Part shown: positions 45,921-55,681 of the stretch, one piece after another
Position numbering within the stretch: position 1 is the first letter of the stretch
How the letters are laid out: every line of letters starts with the position of its first letter
From: Escherichia phage nieznany
DNA length: 64,000 nt
Direction: 5' to 3' (one strand)
Sequence record: NC_052659.1
Position numbers and translations under genes: made by a program
The notes under the pieces: model-generated
Told to the model about the DNA's origin: nothing
Seen by the model: only the letters and a program-made list of their open reading frames with translations
The model's database searches: none

Positions 45921-46121
45921 TTATCGACACAGATAGTTGTAACGATCCGCTTTATCCTCTGCTTCAGCAAAGTCAGCAATCAAGGAAGTTTTGAGTTCTT
46001 CCAACTCTTTCACCCAAGAGTCGTAATCGTTCTGTGTTTCTCCAATAGTTTGGAGAAAACAATCGTCGTAGCCAATAGACATGGCTAACTCGATAATACG
46101 TTCCAGTTTTTCTTCCATCAC
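45921..46121 (-). CDS. hypothetical protein
   Basis: 66 aa ORF. Confidence 0.35.
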   Translation of the reverse strand: MMEEKLERIIELAMSIGYDDCFLQTIGETQNDYDSWVKELEELKTSLIADFAEAEDKADRYNYLCR

Positions 46122-46480
46122 TTCTCTCCTTCTACAGACTTCTGTTTAACATAAAAGTAAGCACCACGAGCAAGATACAAATCATGTTCAATATCGCTCA
46201 CAGGAAAACCATCTGGATTTTTAAAACCGTCTTCTACAGCCAAAATGAGAGATCGTAAACTGATAGCTAACAACTCCATTTGATCTTGTAGTTTTCTATT
46301 TTCTGCATAAAGGTTTTTGCATTTTTGTTCTGCATTTTTCCATTGTTCTAATGCATGATCATAGTTTCGCATAAGGATAGCTTTTTCTTGTTCACGTTTA
46401 AAAGTTTCTTCACAAATGAAACCTGTGCCTAAACCAGTTTCTTCATCTTTGACAAACACTTCAACAAAATCTTTAGACAT
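46118..46480 (-). CDS. hypothetical protein (coiled-coil-like)
   Basis: AGGAG then ATG 46480. Confidence 0.4.
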   Translation of the reverse strand: MSKDFVEVFVKDEETGLGTGFICEETFKREQEKAILMRNYDHALEQWKNAEQKCKNLYAENRKLQDQMELLAISLRSLILAVEDGFKNPDGFPVSDIEHDLYLARGAYFYVKQKSVEGEK

Positions 46481-46481
46481 A

Positions 46482-46745
46482 TTATCTCCTATTTGCTTTT
46501 GGATACTCCCAACCTTCTGGGAGATCTTCTTTACACATCCACTCAAAAGGCCAGCGACAATAACTATGCCACTTTCCATCGAGATATAAGCAATCTTCAT
46601 CCACTGGTCCACAAGGATTGATAACTACAACACACCCTTTTGCTCGCCAATATTGAACTATTTCGGGGTAAAAACAAGAAACGTCGGTCCACTCCCAGAT
46701 ACGTTCATCATTCAAACGATATGCTGCTGGCAATGTTTCTTCCAT
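46482..46745 (-). CDS. hypothetical protein
   Basis: 87 aa ORF. Confidence 0.4.
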   Translation of the reverse strand: MEETLPAAYRLNDERIWEWTDVSCFYPEIVQYWRAKGCVVVINPCGPVDEDCLYLDGKWHSYCRWPFEWMCKEDLPEGWEYPKANRR

Positions 46746-46749
46746 ATTA

Positions 46750-47196
46750 TTAAACCTCTGTCAAAGAGAAACGCCAATCCTTACTACTACCTACACCAAG
46801 GAAGATATAGTCTCCGGTACTAACGGAATATCCCCCAGCGGGAATCCAATCAGGAATCTCTGGCTTATGGCTGTAGCCATAACGCTCGCCACTCGAATCT
46901 GTTGCAATATAATTAACAAATTCAGGAACCTCTAAAGTTTCACCTTGATACTCTACACGCTTGAAGCCATCTTCCACTTCTTTCTCACCTTCTACCAGAG
47001 AAGCAAGAAGTTTGATGTGAGGGCAAGTGAAATCTTGTCCTGGATAACGTGAACGGATATCAGTTAACAATGCGATCACAGCATCAGATAACTCTTTATA
47101 ATCCTCATATCTTACAAATGTGCCTTCTGTCGGATCATCAGGACACAAACGCCAAACATCATTGCAGTTTACAGCATAATGTCGCACTTTAGTCAT
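46750..47196 (-). CDS. hypothetical protein
   Basis: 148 aa ORF. Confidence 0.45.
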   Translation of the reverse strand: MTKVRHYAVNCNDVWRLCPDDPTEGTFVRYEDYKELSDAVIALLTDIRSRYPGQDFTCPHIKLLASLVEGEKEVEDGFKRVEYQGETLEVPEFVNYIATDSSGERYGYSHKPEIPDWIPAGGYSVSTGDYIFLGVGSSKDWRFSLTEV

Positions 47197-47206
47197 AAAT
47201 ACCCCC

Positions 47207-47605
47207 TTATCGTTGCGTACAATCAGCTTCTAGAGTAAGAACATTCGTTATTGTTTTATCATTTTTTAGAAATGCAAACCAAGCTAAAGTGTCCCGATAT
47301 TCTGTGCGTAGCATAACCACTTCAGTAGTGCCAATAAATTGTTGTGAACCGTACATAGCACTACCATCTTTACTTTTTTCTCCTGTGTATTGCAGAATGC
47401 CACTCATCAAAGCACCACCTGAATTTTTAAGGATAAAGGAGTTATCTTTATTAATGACAACAGAAGCCATTTTCTTAGGACCAGAAATCACTTCACCTTT
47501 CAGATTTTTAACAACCACATCTGACACACACTCATAAACTTGAGACGCATTTGCTGTTCCAAGTGATGCAATGAGTAACAAGAAACCTACGATGATCTTT
47601 TTCAT
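47207..47605 (-). CDS. secreted/periplasmic protein (signal peptide)
   Basis: MKKIIVGFLLLIASLGTANA signal. Confidence 0.45.
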   Translation of the reverse strand: MKKIIVGFLLLIASLGTANASQVYECVSDVVVKNLKGEVISGPKKMASVVINKDNSFILKNSGGALMSGILQYTGEKSKDGSAMYGSQQFIGTTEVVMLRTEYRDTLAWFAFLKNDKTITNVLTLEADCTQR

Positions 47606-47701
47606 ATAAACTCTCCTCTTTGTTTACCCGATGCGCCCCCTGTTGGGCAGAAAGGGTTGTACGCAAAATTTTTAGCTCCAATCGTCGGGTGTCCCGACTC
47701 C

Positions 47702-47908
47702 TTACGCTTTTAATGTTTTAACAGAATGACAAGCTTTGCAAACAATAACCGGAACAAGTTCATCTCCATTATCCGCATAAATCACTGTTTTCTTCATTCT
47801 GCCACCGCATGAACAATACTCTGTATGATCCGCAGGAATATTAAATATTCCGTAATCACTTTCATACTGTTTCTTACATATGGACACTGCTTTCGTAAAA
47901 CAAGACAT
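47702..47908 (-). CDS. small zinc-ribbon protein
   Basis: CSCGG...CKACH. Confidence 0.35.
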   Translation of the reverse strand: MSCFTKAVSICKKQYESDYGIFNIPADHTEYCSCGGRMKKTVIYADNGDELVPVIVCKACHSVKTLKA

Positions 47909-47910
47909 GC

Positions 47911-48132
47911 CTACTCCGCAAGAACCTTCACTTCGTCAGAGAAGAATACGTAATCACAACCTTCCCAAACATCTTCTTCAAACCACTCCCATCCCTCGAC
48001 TTTGGACATTTCTTCTATCGTAACAAAGAATGTTGTCATATCCTCACTAACAAGATGTGCTTCAACAACAAAAGGAATCTGAACATTCTCAAAACCAACA
48101 TAACCCAATACATCACAAACTCTAATTTTCAT
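47911..48132 (-). CDS. hypothetical protein
   Basis: 73 aa ORF. Confidence 0.4.
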   Translation of the reverse strand: MKIRVCDVLGYVGFENVQIPFVVEAHLVSEDMTTFFVTIEEMSKVEGWEWFEEDVWEGCDYVFFSDEVKVLAE

Positions 48133-49780
48133 ATTATGCTCCTTTGTAGATTATGTTGGTGCGTTCACACTCTGCCACCAGCAAGCCAAGCTTTGTAAAA
48201 CTTCATTAGACGTAAGCTACTCAACGGAACATTTTTACTCTCTTGCATGATAATCTCCTCTCATCGTTAGCCATCTTTCATGGCAATCATCAATCACCAA
48301 CATCATACGATCAATCTTAGGGAATTACAATCGAATTATCATAGGGGATTCCTATCAATTATCCCCTATATACCGATTATTTTTGACACCCCACTCTTGT
48401 ATAAAAAGTAACCCAAAATATCTACGGGGAGAGATTATTTCGGGACACCCTGTTTCATGGCAATCATGGCAAGAATATCTAATAGAATCAATATCATATG
48501 GCAAAAATCATGGCGCATACGTAAGAAGTGCTTAACGCGAATTTTCGGGCCGTCAGGTCCACGCAGCGACAATTCCCAAATATCATGCGAATGAGAATAA
48601 TTATCATTCGTATTCAATGACTTATGCAAAGCTCATGCCAACGTAGCGACAAGGTGGGCCACTTGATTATAAATCACACAAACACTTATTTATCAATGGT
48701 TTGGCAACCTCATCATATGACGGAACAATGTCAACTAATCCCGCTCATGACAAGCAGACTATTATTTATATGAGAATGATTATTATTTAAACGTTTATTA
48801 ATATAAAAACTAGAATAAATCAAGATTATTCTGATTTTATTTACGTTTAAGAGAAGGTGCTCAACATATCGCGTAGCGATAGTATTCGCCCCCCAAAAGA
48901 TTAGCCTTTATTTTCTTGTATGTTTATACACTATGTGCACACTATGCAACCTGTCGCTATTCGCTCATGTTGCTACGTGCAATTATTCATCTTGCTAATG
49001 ATGATCACACTGAACGATAGTGATAACTCTTGTAATTACCACAATGATTATTGTTATTGCGCTAATGTTATGATCTTGGTAATTACATATAATGCTAATA
49101 ATAAGCCAGCGCAATAAGTGTAAGCGTCATTACGCTTGCAATTATTGCAAGCTACGCAGTAACAAGAAATAACCGTCACCGATGGTTATGATTGTTGGGG
49201 TGTAGTTGGCTTATTATTAGCTCGCTATGTGTCCGGCATAGCGTGCTAATGATGACTCTGTGAATGATTAGTTTTGTAATGATTTCATTCAGGCACTATT
49301 TTGCTAATAGTTATTATTTTAATGGTTTCGTTTGTTATTGTTCGTTAGTTGGTTGTTTTGTCATGTTATCGTTATTTTGCTTAGTATTCATCATGGTTTG
49401 ATTGTTTGTCGTTATCAATCATCTTGCTATTATTCCTTTGATTATGATTAGTTTGCTTATTGTTTTATGTTGTTTGTTGGTTAGTTGTTGCGAACTATTA
49501 TCAACATTATAGTTATGCACTTATATTGCATAGATAAACATGGATAGATGATAATGGTTATCATTGCACCAGAAAGGAGGTAAAAGGGTGTTTTTGATGG
49601 TTTGTTGTTGGTTGTTGATCGATTTTAACCGCTTTAAATGGCTCTCTAACAGCCTGTAACCCTGGGATGTATGGTTATTCGTTTGCTGGTTGATTAGCTC
49701 GATACCACGATTTATTCAGTTTTGTTCTGTGTCGGTTTTTCATAGGCGAAAGCTATCAACATTGTTCGGGCAAAAAGAAA
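48133..49780. other. 1.65 kb noncoding, repeat-rich, strand-compositionally skewed region (G/T-rich tract 49300-49520; repeated GCTAAT(G/A)(A/T)T and CGTAGCGAC motifs)
   Basis: No convincing ORF; low-complexity GT-skew; at least five GCTAATGATGA-like copies (about 48991, 49058, 49092, 49243, 49303) and CGTAGCGAC-like copies in both orientations. Confidence 0.5.
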
Positions 49781-49797
49781 GGGCGCTTGGTGCGCCC
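49781..49797 (-). terminator. terminator hairpin GGGCGCACCAAGCGCCC followed by U-tract on minus strand (same element repeated at 52132)
   Basis: Identical 17-nt hairpin with AAAGAAA/TTTCTTT flanks at 49781 and 52132. Confidence 0.55.
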
Positions 49798-49813
49798 CTT
49801 GTTTTGTTGTCGA

Positions 49814-50047
49814 TTATAACGCTTCATAGATTGAGTAGATCCGGTTTGCCAGGTCATTACGAAAGCGGAATTTTTCATCACGTTTGATCATCAGATCCTT
49901 AAAACCATATTCTTTCAATGCTTCATTAACTTTATGGCGGCAAACGTTCATATTATCCTGCGCGTCACCAATAAACTTATTACTGTGATGCATTGCTTTG
50001 ATCTCTTCCTCTAATACCAGGGCAACTACTGCGATCATCTTTTTCAT
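49814..50047 (-). CDS. hypothetical small protein (PeSL-array gene)
   Basis: ORF preceded by stem-loop and promoter cassette. Confidence 0.4.
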   Translation of the reverse strand: MKKMIAVVALVLEEEIKAMHHSNKFIGDAQDNMNVCRHKVNEALKEYGFKDLMIKRDEKFRFRNDLANRIYSIYEAL

Positions 50048-50101
50048 GCGTCTATCCTCTTCCTATTGCGTTTAATGGGGCGTTACCGCCCCGCTTATGG
50101 T

Positions 50102-50338
50102 TTATTGATTGATGTTATGATGAAAGTTATTTTCTTCAATAGCTTTTAAAATAAAAGCCGTGATCGCTTTCGTGTCTACTTGTTCGAACGTATCAGAATA
50201 AGCCCAATAATAATCATCCCCTACTTTCGGCGGGTAAACCTGGACAAGGAGATCGCCACCTGGTTGATCTATAAGCTCAACATGCAAGCCGGATGATTCA
50301 GCGGTTTTAACGGCGTTTAATACTGTTGCAATACTCAT
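50102..50338 (-). CDS. hypothetical small protein
   Basis: 78 aa ORF. Confidence 0.4.
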   Translation of the reverse strand: MSIATVLNAVKTAESSGLHVELIDQPGGDLLVQVYPPKVGDDYYWAYSDTFEQVDTKAITAFILKAIEENNFHHNINQ

Positions 50339-50382
50339 AATCTTTTCCTTTCTGATGTGGGGCGTTGCCGCCCCTTTGTTGA

Positions 50383-50682
50383 TTAGATCGCTGTTTCCAG
50401 TAGTTCGGCTAACGTCTTACCGCCTGATAGTTGGTCTAACGTTTGCTCTTCTGGCAAGAAATTAGCTGATATTAAACCGACTTGATTCCCTTTGTGCCAG
50501 TTAGCCTGGCGGATGATTCCATCCTTTAAGGATTTTACCGCCATTGTGCAACCGTCGCCAAATGATTCATTTTTATGGTCCATCACTTCATAAGCGCCCA
50601 GTTTGCTGCTGTTAGGCACCATTAACGCGAACACATCACCAACAACCAGTTTTTCTACGGTAACAATAGCGATAGTTTCCAT
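50383..50682 (-). CDS. hypothetical small protein
   Basis: 99 aa ORF. Confidence 0.4.
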   Translation of the reverse strand: METIAIVTVEKLVVGDVFALMVPNSSKLGAYEVMDHKNESFGDGCTMAVKSLKDGIIRQANWHKGNQVGLISANFLPEEQTLDQLSGGKTLAELLETAI

Positions 50683-50758
50683 TTTATTTTCCTCATTATC
50701 GGCGGCACCATTGCCGCCCTACAAGATACATATTACCAGACTAAGCCGACTTGTCAAA

Positions 50759-50869
50759 CTATTTTTTCTTTTTCTTTGCTTCCAACCGTCTAAGGTTACG
50801 GCTGGACTTATTACGCAAGGCGCTCAGATCGTCGTACCCTTTCCATGCTTGCATATCTTTCGGATTCAT
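50759..50869 (-). CDS. small basic peptide (36 aa)
   Basis: AGGGGGTAAC then ATG; manual translation. Confidence 0.25.
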   Translation of the reverse strand: MNPKDMQAWKGYDDLSALRNKSSRNLRRLEAKKKKK

Positions 50870-50878
50870 GTTACCCCC

Positions 50879-51079
50879 TTACTTGTTAGCCGGATCATAT
50901 ACCAGGACCGCGCCACTTGCTTTCACGCTTTCCGCTTCATAGTTGCGCAAATCGTTTTCTGTAAGATTGAGCGCGATCACTTCCTCGATCTCGATACCAG
51001 TGGCAAGGGCGATCTCTTTGATAATGTCTGCTATTTTCATGGTGTGTACCTTATAAGATGATTGATAAGATAGTGACAA
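50879..51079 (-). CDS. hypothetical small protein
   Basis: 66 aa ORF. Confidence 0.4.
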   Translation of the reverse strand: MSLSYQSSYKVHTMKIADIIKEIALATGIEIEEVIALNLTENDLRNYEAESVKASGAVLVYDPANK

Positions 51080-51267
51080 CGAAAGCGATTATACTGATGG
51101 CAAATGTCATCTTTTTACCTTCGGATACTGCCGGATTCTCTACCGTGTATTCTACTGTGTACTTGCTCATCGTGTAATCCTCTCGTTTGCTTTGGGGACT
51201 ATTCCCGCCGCCCTATGAATTAAATATACACTATCTCAAAATGATTGCAAGCCTTTTTCTAAATTAT

Positions 51268-51582
51268 TTATGCAGTAAACAAACCATCATTTACAACGGC
51301 GGCGATGATCTCCCGTGCCATTGATTCAGGGAAAGGGGCGCTATAGTCCTGGCTTGTCTCGTCGGTGTCAGTGATACAATGATAAGCTAACGAGTAAAAG
51401 CCTTTACTAACTGTTTTCAGTGAGACGATGATCACTCGGTCAAGCTTATTGGTGAATGTTGCCGTTAATGTGTTACCCTCCTGCGTCATGTTGGACAAGT
51501 AAGCGAGATCATTAATCAGGGAAAACATTAGCACGGTGTTAGCTTTACTCATGATTGCATCCTCAAAGGGGCGCGGCACCAT
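51268..51582 (-). CDS. hypothetical protein
   Basis: 104 aa ORF. Confidence 0.4.
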   Translation of the reverse strand: MVPRPFEDAIMSKANTVLMFSLINDLAYLSNMTQEGNTLTATFTNKLDRVIIVSLKTVSKGFYSLAYHCITDTDETSQDYSAPFPESMAREIIAAVVNDGLFTA

Positions 51583-51623
51583 TGCCGCCCTACACGATAA
51601 CTATAACACAATGTAAAACAGGA

Positions 51624-51830
51624 TCAACCTTTATTTTTCCACGGTGTCAGCTTGTTAATCATTGGTGATAAATAGCGTTTACCAACGTAAAACAGTACGC
51701 CAACTGATGCAACGGCGGCGACCTCATGCATAGCCGACGGGAAACGGGTATCATAATAAGATCCAATAATAGCGATAGCGGCAACGGCTGCAACGTCGAT
51801 AATGATTTTTTCTTGTTTTGCGGTGATCAT
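51624..51830 (-). CDS. small membrane protein
   Basis: hydrophobic segments VAAVAAIAIIGSY. Confidence 0.4.
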   Translation of the reverse strand: MITAKQEKIIIDVAAVAAIAIIGSYYDTRFPSAMHEVAAVASVGVLFYVGKRYLSPMINKLTPWKNKG

Positions 51831-51915
51831 AATATTTACCTTTTTGTATGGTGGGGAACTATTCCCCGCCTGATGTAATACAGTTTAACAGGTCCGGTTA
51901 TGGTGTCAACCGTTT

Positions 51916-52101
51916 TTAAAGATATTTTATGCTAATAACGTTTTCCGGTTTAACCTTGTTATAATGTGCATCAACATAGATCAAACCATCGTCAGAAAAG
52001 CCCAGGATCACGCCCTGCGCAATAAAACCGTATTCGTCACGGTAACGCACGGCTATTTTTAATGTTGCGCTGTACGCTGTTTTAAGCTCGTTTAAAATCA
52101 T
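51916..52101 (-). CDS. hypothetical small protein
   Basis: 61 aa ORF. Confidence 0.35.
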   Translation of the reverse strand: MILNELKTAYSATLKIAVRYRDEYGFIAQGVILGFSDDGLIYVDAHYNKVKPENVISIKYL

Positions 52102-52156
52102 TTTTGTTTATCCTCTACATGTAAAAAGAAAGGGCGCTTGGTGCGCCCTTGTTATG

Positions 52157-52303
52157 TTAATCCTCTAAATCCATCCAATTATATTTGTCACTCTTCCCGC
52201 GCTTTGTTTTATTACGCTTGTCGCCTTTGCGGATCACTTCCTCGTTCCAGGCCTTGCGGATCTTGGAAGATTGAATTTTTTCTGCGCGATTAGATGTATT
52301 CAT
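52157..52303 (-). CDS. small basic protein (48 aa)
   Basis: Manual translation MNTSNRAEKIQSSK...; terminator hairpin immediately downstream. Confidence 0.3.
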   Translation of the reverse strand: MNTSNRAEKIQSSKIRKAWNEEVIRKGDKRNKTKRGKSDKYNWMDLED

Positions 52304-52382
52304 TTTGTTTCCTCTTCATATGAGCGGCACCATTGCCGCTATATTGTTAATTTAAACTGTTTTGTAAAATTGTCAAGGTTTA

Positions 52383-52736
52383 TCATTCATAAGAGCAAGC
52401 AAGGATCACGCCTGCAATATAAAGCCAATAATTTTCCCTTTCTCGTTGGATTTTATCATCGCGGCTATTCTCTTTAATGTATCCCCAGGATGTTAACAGG
52501 CGATCAATTTCCCAATATTCGAAAGCGATATTGATATCTGATGGCAAACCTTGTAACCATGATGCAAGTGCTTTAACAATACTATAATTAAAACGTGATT
52601 GGTTATCAGGGTACCAGTACTCGGAATTAAAACGGCGCATCAATTCCGCGATCTTCTCTTTTTCGGTTGTAATACCGTAATCATTAAAATCGATAGCGGC
52701 AAGGATGTACTCTTTAATTGCATTTTGTGCTTTCAT
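52383..52736 (-). CDS. hypothetical protein
   Basis: 117 aa ORF. Confidence 0.4.
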   Translation of the reverse strand: MKAQNAIKEYILAAIDFNDYGITTEKEKIAELMRRFNSEYWYPDNQSRFNYSIVKALASWLQGLPSDINIAFEYWEIDRLLTSWGYIKENSRDDKIQRERENYWLYIAGVILACSYE

Positions 52737-52815
52737 GGTCTTTCTCTCTTTTTGAGCGGGAGCTATTCCCGCCCTACGTGTAACAGTTTACTGAAAATTA
52801 AATCCGTGTCAAGCT

Positions 52816-53037
52816 TTATTTTGTTACTACCATTTGGTACCCTGTTTCAATGTTAGTAAATACTGTTATCCCGTCCTGGCGTTCACTCATTAGCATACAA
52901 GGCGCTAACATCCTTTCTACTGCCTTGCACTCGTTGTAAACGGCGGTTATATCTCCTGCGGCCTTGTCTTCTGTAGTAAATGTCTCGTTTACGTAAACCT
53001 GACCAGCAACAACGGCGACAATAGCAAAAGTGATCAT
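52816..53037 (-). CDS. small secreted/membrane protein
   Basis: MITFAIVAVVAGQVYV hydrophobic N-terminus. Confidence 0.35.
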   Translation of the reverse strand: MITFAIVAVVAGQVYVNETFTTEDKAAGDITAVYNECKAVERMLAPCMLMSERQDGITVFTNIETGYQMVVTK

Positions 53038-53116
53038 AATGTTTTTTCTCTTTATGTGTTTCGTTTCAATTAGTTGATAATACAGCAATTTGCAGATTAG
53101 TCTTTAGCAATTCATG

Positions 53117-53335
53117 CTATTTACTCACAACAATATCGAAAACAAATTTTTCTTTGTTGTCTAAGCTCACGTATCCGATTCGACCACGCAATCCGAGAGT
53201 AGTGCCGTATTCGTAACCATCAAGACCTTTAACCTTCCAATCCATGCCCATTAAAACCGCATTATATTTCTGACCAACTACAAAAGCGCCACCAGTTGAT
53301 TCAATGCAAACAACTTTAATTTTACGGATTGCCAT
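53117..53335 (-). CDS. hypothetical small protein
   Basis: 72 aa ORF. Confidence 0.4.
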   Translation of the reverse strand: MAIRKIKVVCIESTGGAFVVGQKYNAVLMGMDWKVKGLDGYEYGTTLGLRGRIGYVSLDNKEKFVFDIVVSK

Positions 53336-53413
53336 TTTCTTTCTCTCTTTCTGGTGATTGGTTTCTCTTCTCTATAGCGCCCATTATAAGGCGCTATAAC
53401 GAAAAGTCAACGA

Positions 53414-53581
53414 TTATTTTTTAAGGCTTAAAGTACCTAACTTGTCAGCATGACGTAGACCAGGGAAGATCCATTTTCCTGATTCATCTTTTACAGGGGC
53501 TTTAAGCGTAGCGCCCAGGTTGGCGGCGTTAACTTTACGTGCAACGTTGCGAGCGGCTTCACGGGTAGCGAAAGTGATCAT
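53414..53581 (-). CDS. small hypothetical protein (55 aa)
   Basis: GAGGAAA then ATG; manual translation MITFATREAARN... Confidence 0.3.
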   Translation of the reverse strand: MITFATREAARNVARKVNAANLGATLKAPVKDESGKWIFPGLRHADKLGTLSLKK

Positions 53582-53676
53582 GATATTTTCCTCTTCTCTT
53601 TGTTAGGCGGTGGACCATTCCGCCGCCTTGATGTAATACAGTTTACTCTTTTTCTTTCCCGTGTCAACAATCTTTT

Positions 53677-53904
53677 TCAGATTAATTCATCCAGGCATAA
53701 CAGGCGATCAACGTTGAGATCGGTCAGGCTGATGGTTGGCACCTGGTAGGATTCGATGTACTCGACGCTTGCATATTCCCCAAAATTAGCAATAGCCCAC
53801 TTATTCAAGATCTCACATACATCATTAATCTTTTTGTTTGTTACAACTGCAATAACCTGGGAAGTGCCAACGGTGCCGGATACGCGAACAATATTGATAG
53901 CCAT
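53677..53904 (-). CDS. hypothetical small protein
   Basis: 75 aa ORF. Confidence 0.4.
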   Translation of the reverse strand: MAINIVRVSGTVGTSQVIAVVTNKKINDVCEILNKWAIANFGEYASVEYIESYQVPTISLTDLNVDRLLCLDELI

Positions 53905-53995
53905 AATCTTTAATCTCTCTGTTGTTGGCGGGAAACCACTTCCCGCCCTATGTGATACATCTTACACTAATTTTAAACGTTGTCAACTGTTTTTA

Positions 53996-54235
53996 TTACA
54001 TTCCAACCATCGCGGCGCGGATCGCTGTAGTGCTATACTTGAAACCGTCTGGAGTTTTATCTTGTCCAGTTTGTTCCAGGAATAACATCATATCACGGGC
54101 AGCATCATTACGATTAGTATTAGCGGCGATAAATTCTTTCGCCAACCGATATAATGATTCATCGTTATTAATCCAAAGGCTTACATTCCAGTGAGTTTTA
54201 TTTTTGTGACCTAAGAACATTTTTGATTTAGCCAT
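53996..54235 (-). CDS. hypothetical small protein
   Basis: 79 aa ORF. Confidence 0.4.
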   Translation of the reverse strand: MAKSKMFLGHKNKTHWNVSLWINNDESLYRLAKEFIAANTNRNDAARDMMLFLEQTGQDKTPDGFKYSTTAIRAAMVGM

Positions 54236-54324
54236 GATATTAATCTCTTTTTCAGTGAGGCGGGAAGTATTCCCGCTCTCTATGTAATACAGTTTACTCT
54301 TTTTATTCGTGCTGTCAATGCTTT

Positions 54325-54690
54325 TTATAAATCTTTTTTACGTTTAACATCGCTCGCATGACTGTATACAGTGATCCCATTGTCACGGCAAAAACGGGAA
54401 AGATACGCGCCGCGTGAAAACTCTTTACCTTCCATATTAATAACCTTGCTAAATTCTTCCAGGGCGACGGTATCAAAATGATCACCATAGCCATATTGAA
54501 ACGGAACGTTAACCACCTCGATCAGTTTACCGCCGATCTCAACGTCAACCATTAAAGAAAAATATGTGTTACCGTAAGACTGTTGAAACCAGCGACGGGC
54601 GCTAATGTGCACCGCTTCAATGCTGGATAATTCAATTTTAGCCGTGTTAGCCAGGGTAGCATAAGCGGAAACATTGATATTAATAGCCAT
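54325..54690 (-). CDS. hypothetical protein
   Basis: 121 aa ORF. Confidence 0.4.
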   Translation of the reverse strand: MAININVSAYATLANTAKIELSSIEAVHISARRWFQQSYGNTYFSLMVDVEIGGKLIEVVNVPFQYGYGDHFDTVALEEFSKVINMEGKEFSRGAYLSRFCRDNGITVYSHASDVKRKKDL

Positions 54691-54787
54691 GATGATAATC
54701 TCTCTTTTTGGTTAGTGGGAAGTATTCCCGATAAAAGTTATTATGCTTATACTATCACTCATTGTCAATAGTATAAGACTAAAACTT

Positions 54788-54967
54788 TTAACGATAATCG
54801 TTATAGGCTTTATTGACCTGGCGAATGTAACATTCGAAAGCAAGATCAATGTATTCGTATTCACGCACATAATCACCATAGGTCACTACATACATTTTTA
54901 AAGTTTCCTCATAAGCCAGGAGGATCGAATCTAAACCTATAATCTCAGTTTTTGCAATGATAGCCAT
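54788..54967 (-). CDS. small hypothetical protein (59 aa)
   Basis: Manual translation MAIIAKTEIIGLDS... Confidence 0.3.
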   Translation of the reverse strand: MAIIAKTEIIGLDSILLAYEETLKMYVVTYGDYVREYEYIDLAFECYIRQVNKAYNDYR

Positions 54968-54987
54968 GATGTTAACCTTTTATTGTT

Positions 54988-55044
54988 GGCGGCACCATTG
55001 CCGCCCTACGTGATAAACTATACCAGAAGTTTAAACAGTGTCAA
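54988..55044 (-). promoter_or_regulatory. exemplar PeSL cassette: -35 TTGACA (55044-55039), -10 TATAGT (55023-55018), hairpin GGCGGCAATGGTGCCGCC (55005-54988)
   Basis: Seen in sequence. Confidence 0.6.
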
Positions 55045-55050
55045 CCGTTT

Positions 55051-55413
55051 TTATTCGTAAATTTTACCGCTTTCGGCCCATACCATAACGCGGCGCATAC
55101 TATCCCAAGTGTTTTGATCCAAGTTTAAGCCGTGCAACTCTTCGGTACTTCCCAGACCAGGTACCGCTTTGTTGTAAGTCGCATATAAGCGCCCTTGATA
55201 CTCATACGCCAGAGTAAGATCCGTTTGAATCATCTTTTTAAGCATAGCATTAAGCATCATATTAGCGGCATGTTGATCACGTTTTAGCGGTAACATGTCA
55301 ATAAGGGCGCGATAAGCTGAAACATGAATATCAACCGTTTCACGTGGTAAATTTTTCATATCATCGCGGAAAGATACCAGATTAAACATGATAGTATTGA
55401 TTTGCTTGCTCAT
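55051..55413 (-). CDS. hypothetical protein
   Basis: 120 aa ORF. Confidence 0.4.
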   Translation of the reverse strand: MSKQINTIMFNLVSFRDDMKNLPRETVDIHVSAYRALIDMLPLKRDQHAANMMLNAMLKKMIQTDLTLAYEYQGRLYATYNKAVPGLGSTEELHGLNLDQNTWDSMRRVMVWAESGKIYE

Positions 55414-55681
55414 TGTGTTACCCTTTTTTGTTTTGGCGGGGAAGTATTCCGCCGCCCTATGTGATACATCTTATCAGATTAAAAAACGTTGTCAAGAATA
55501 TTTTTAGAAAATAATAGCCGCTACTACAACCCAAAATGGAACGGCTAGAATGATAGCGTTAATCGTTCCAACCGTCAAGCTATTTTCTTTATTAATCATT
55601 GTAAGCCTCTTGCATAATTTCACTATGAGCGGCACCATTGCCGCCCTACGTGGTAAATATTATGCCAGTGGCGGCGATATG

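Noticed and set aside
36182-48132. Invertible segment flanked by inverted repeats around the serine recombinase
   Set aside because: All neighbouring genes are co-oriented on the minus strand and no long inverted repeat pair was seen flanking the gene; a target, if any, is probably elsewhere.
48165-48180. Chi-like octamer (CCACCAGC = reverse complement of GCTGGTGG)
   Set aside because: Single 8-mer occurrence is expected by chance in 64 kb; no evidence of function.
48435-49887. ORFs 48435..48629 (minus), 48920..49117 (plus) and 49690..49887 (plus) in the long noncoding region
   Set aside because: No RBS, low-complexity or Cys/His-odd translations; the last overlaps a real minus-strand gene and the terminator hairpin.
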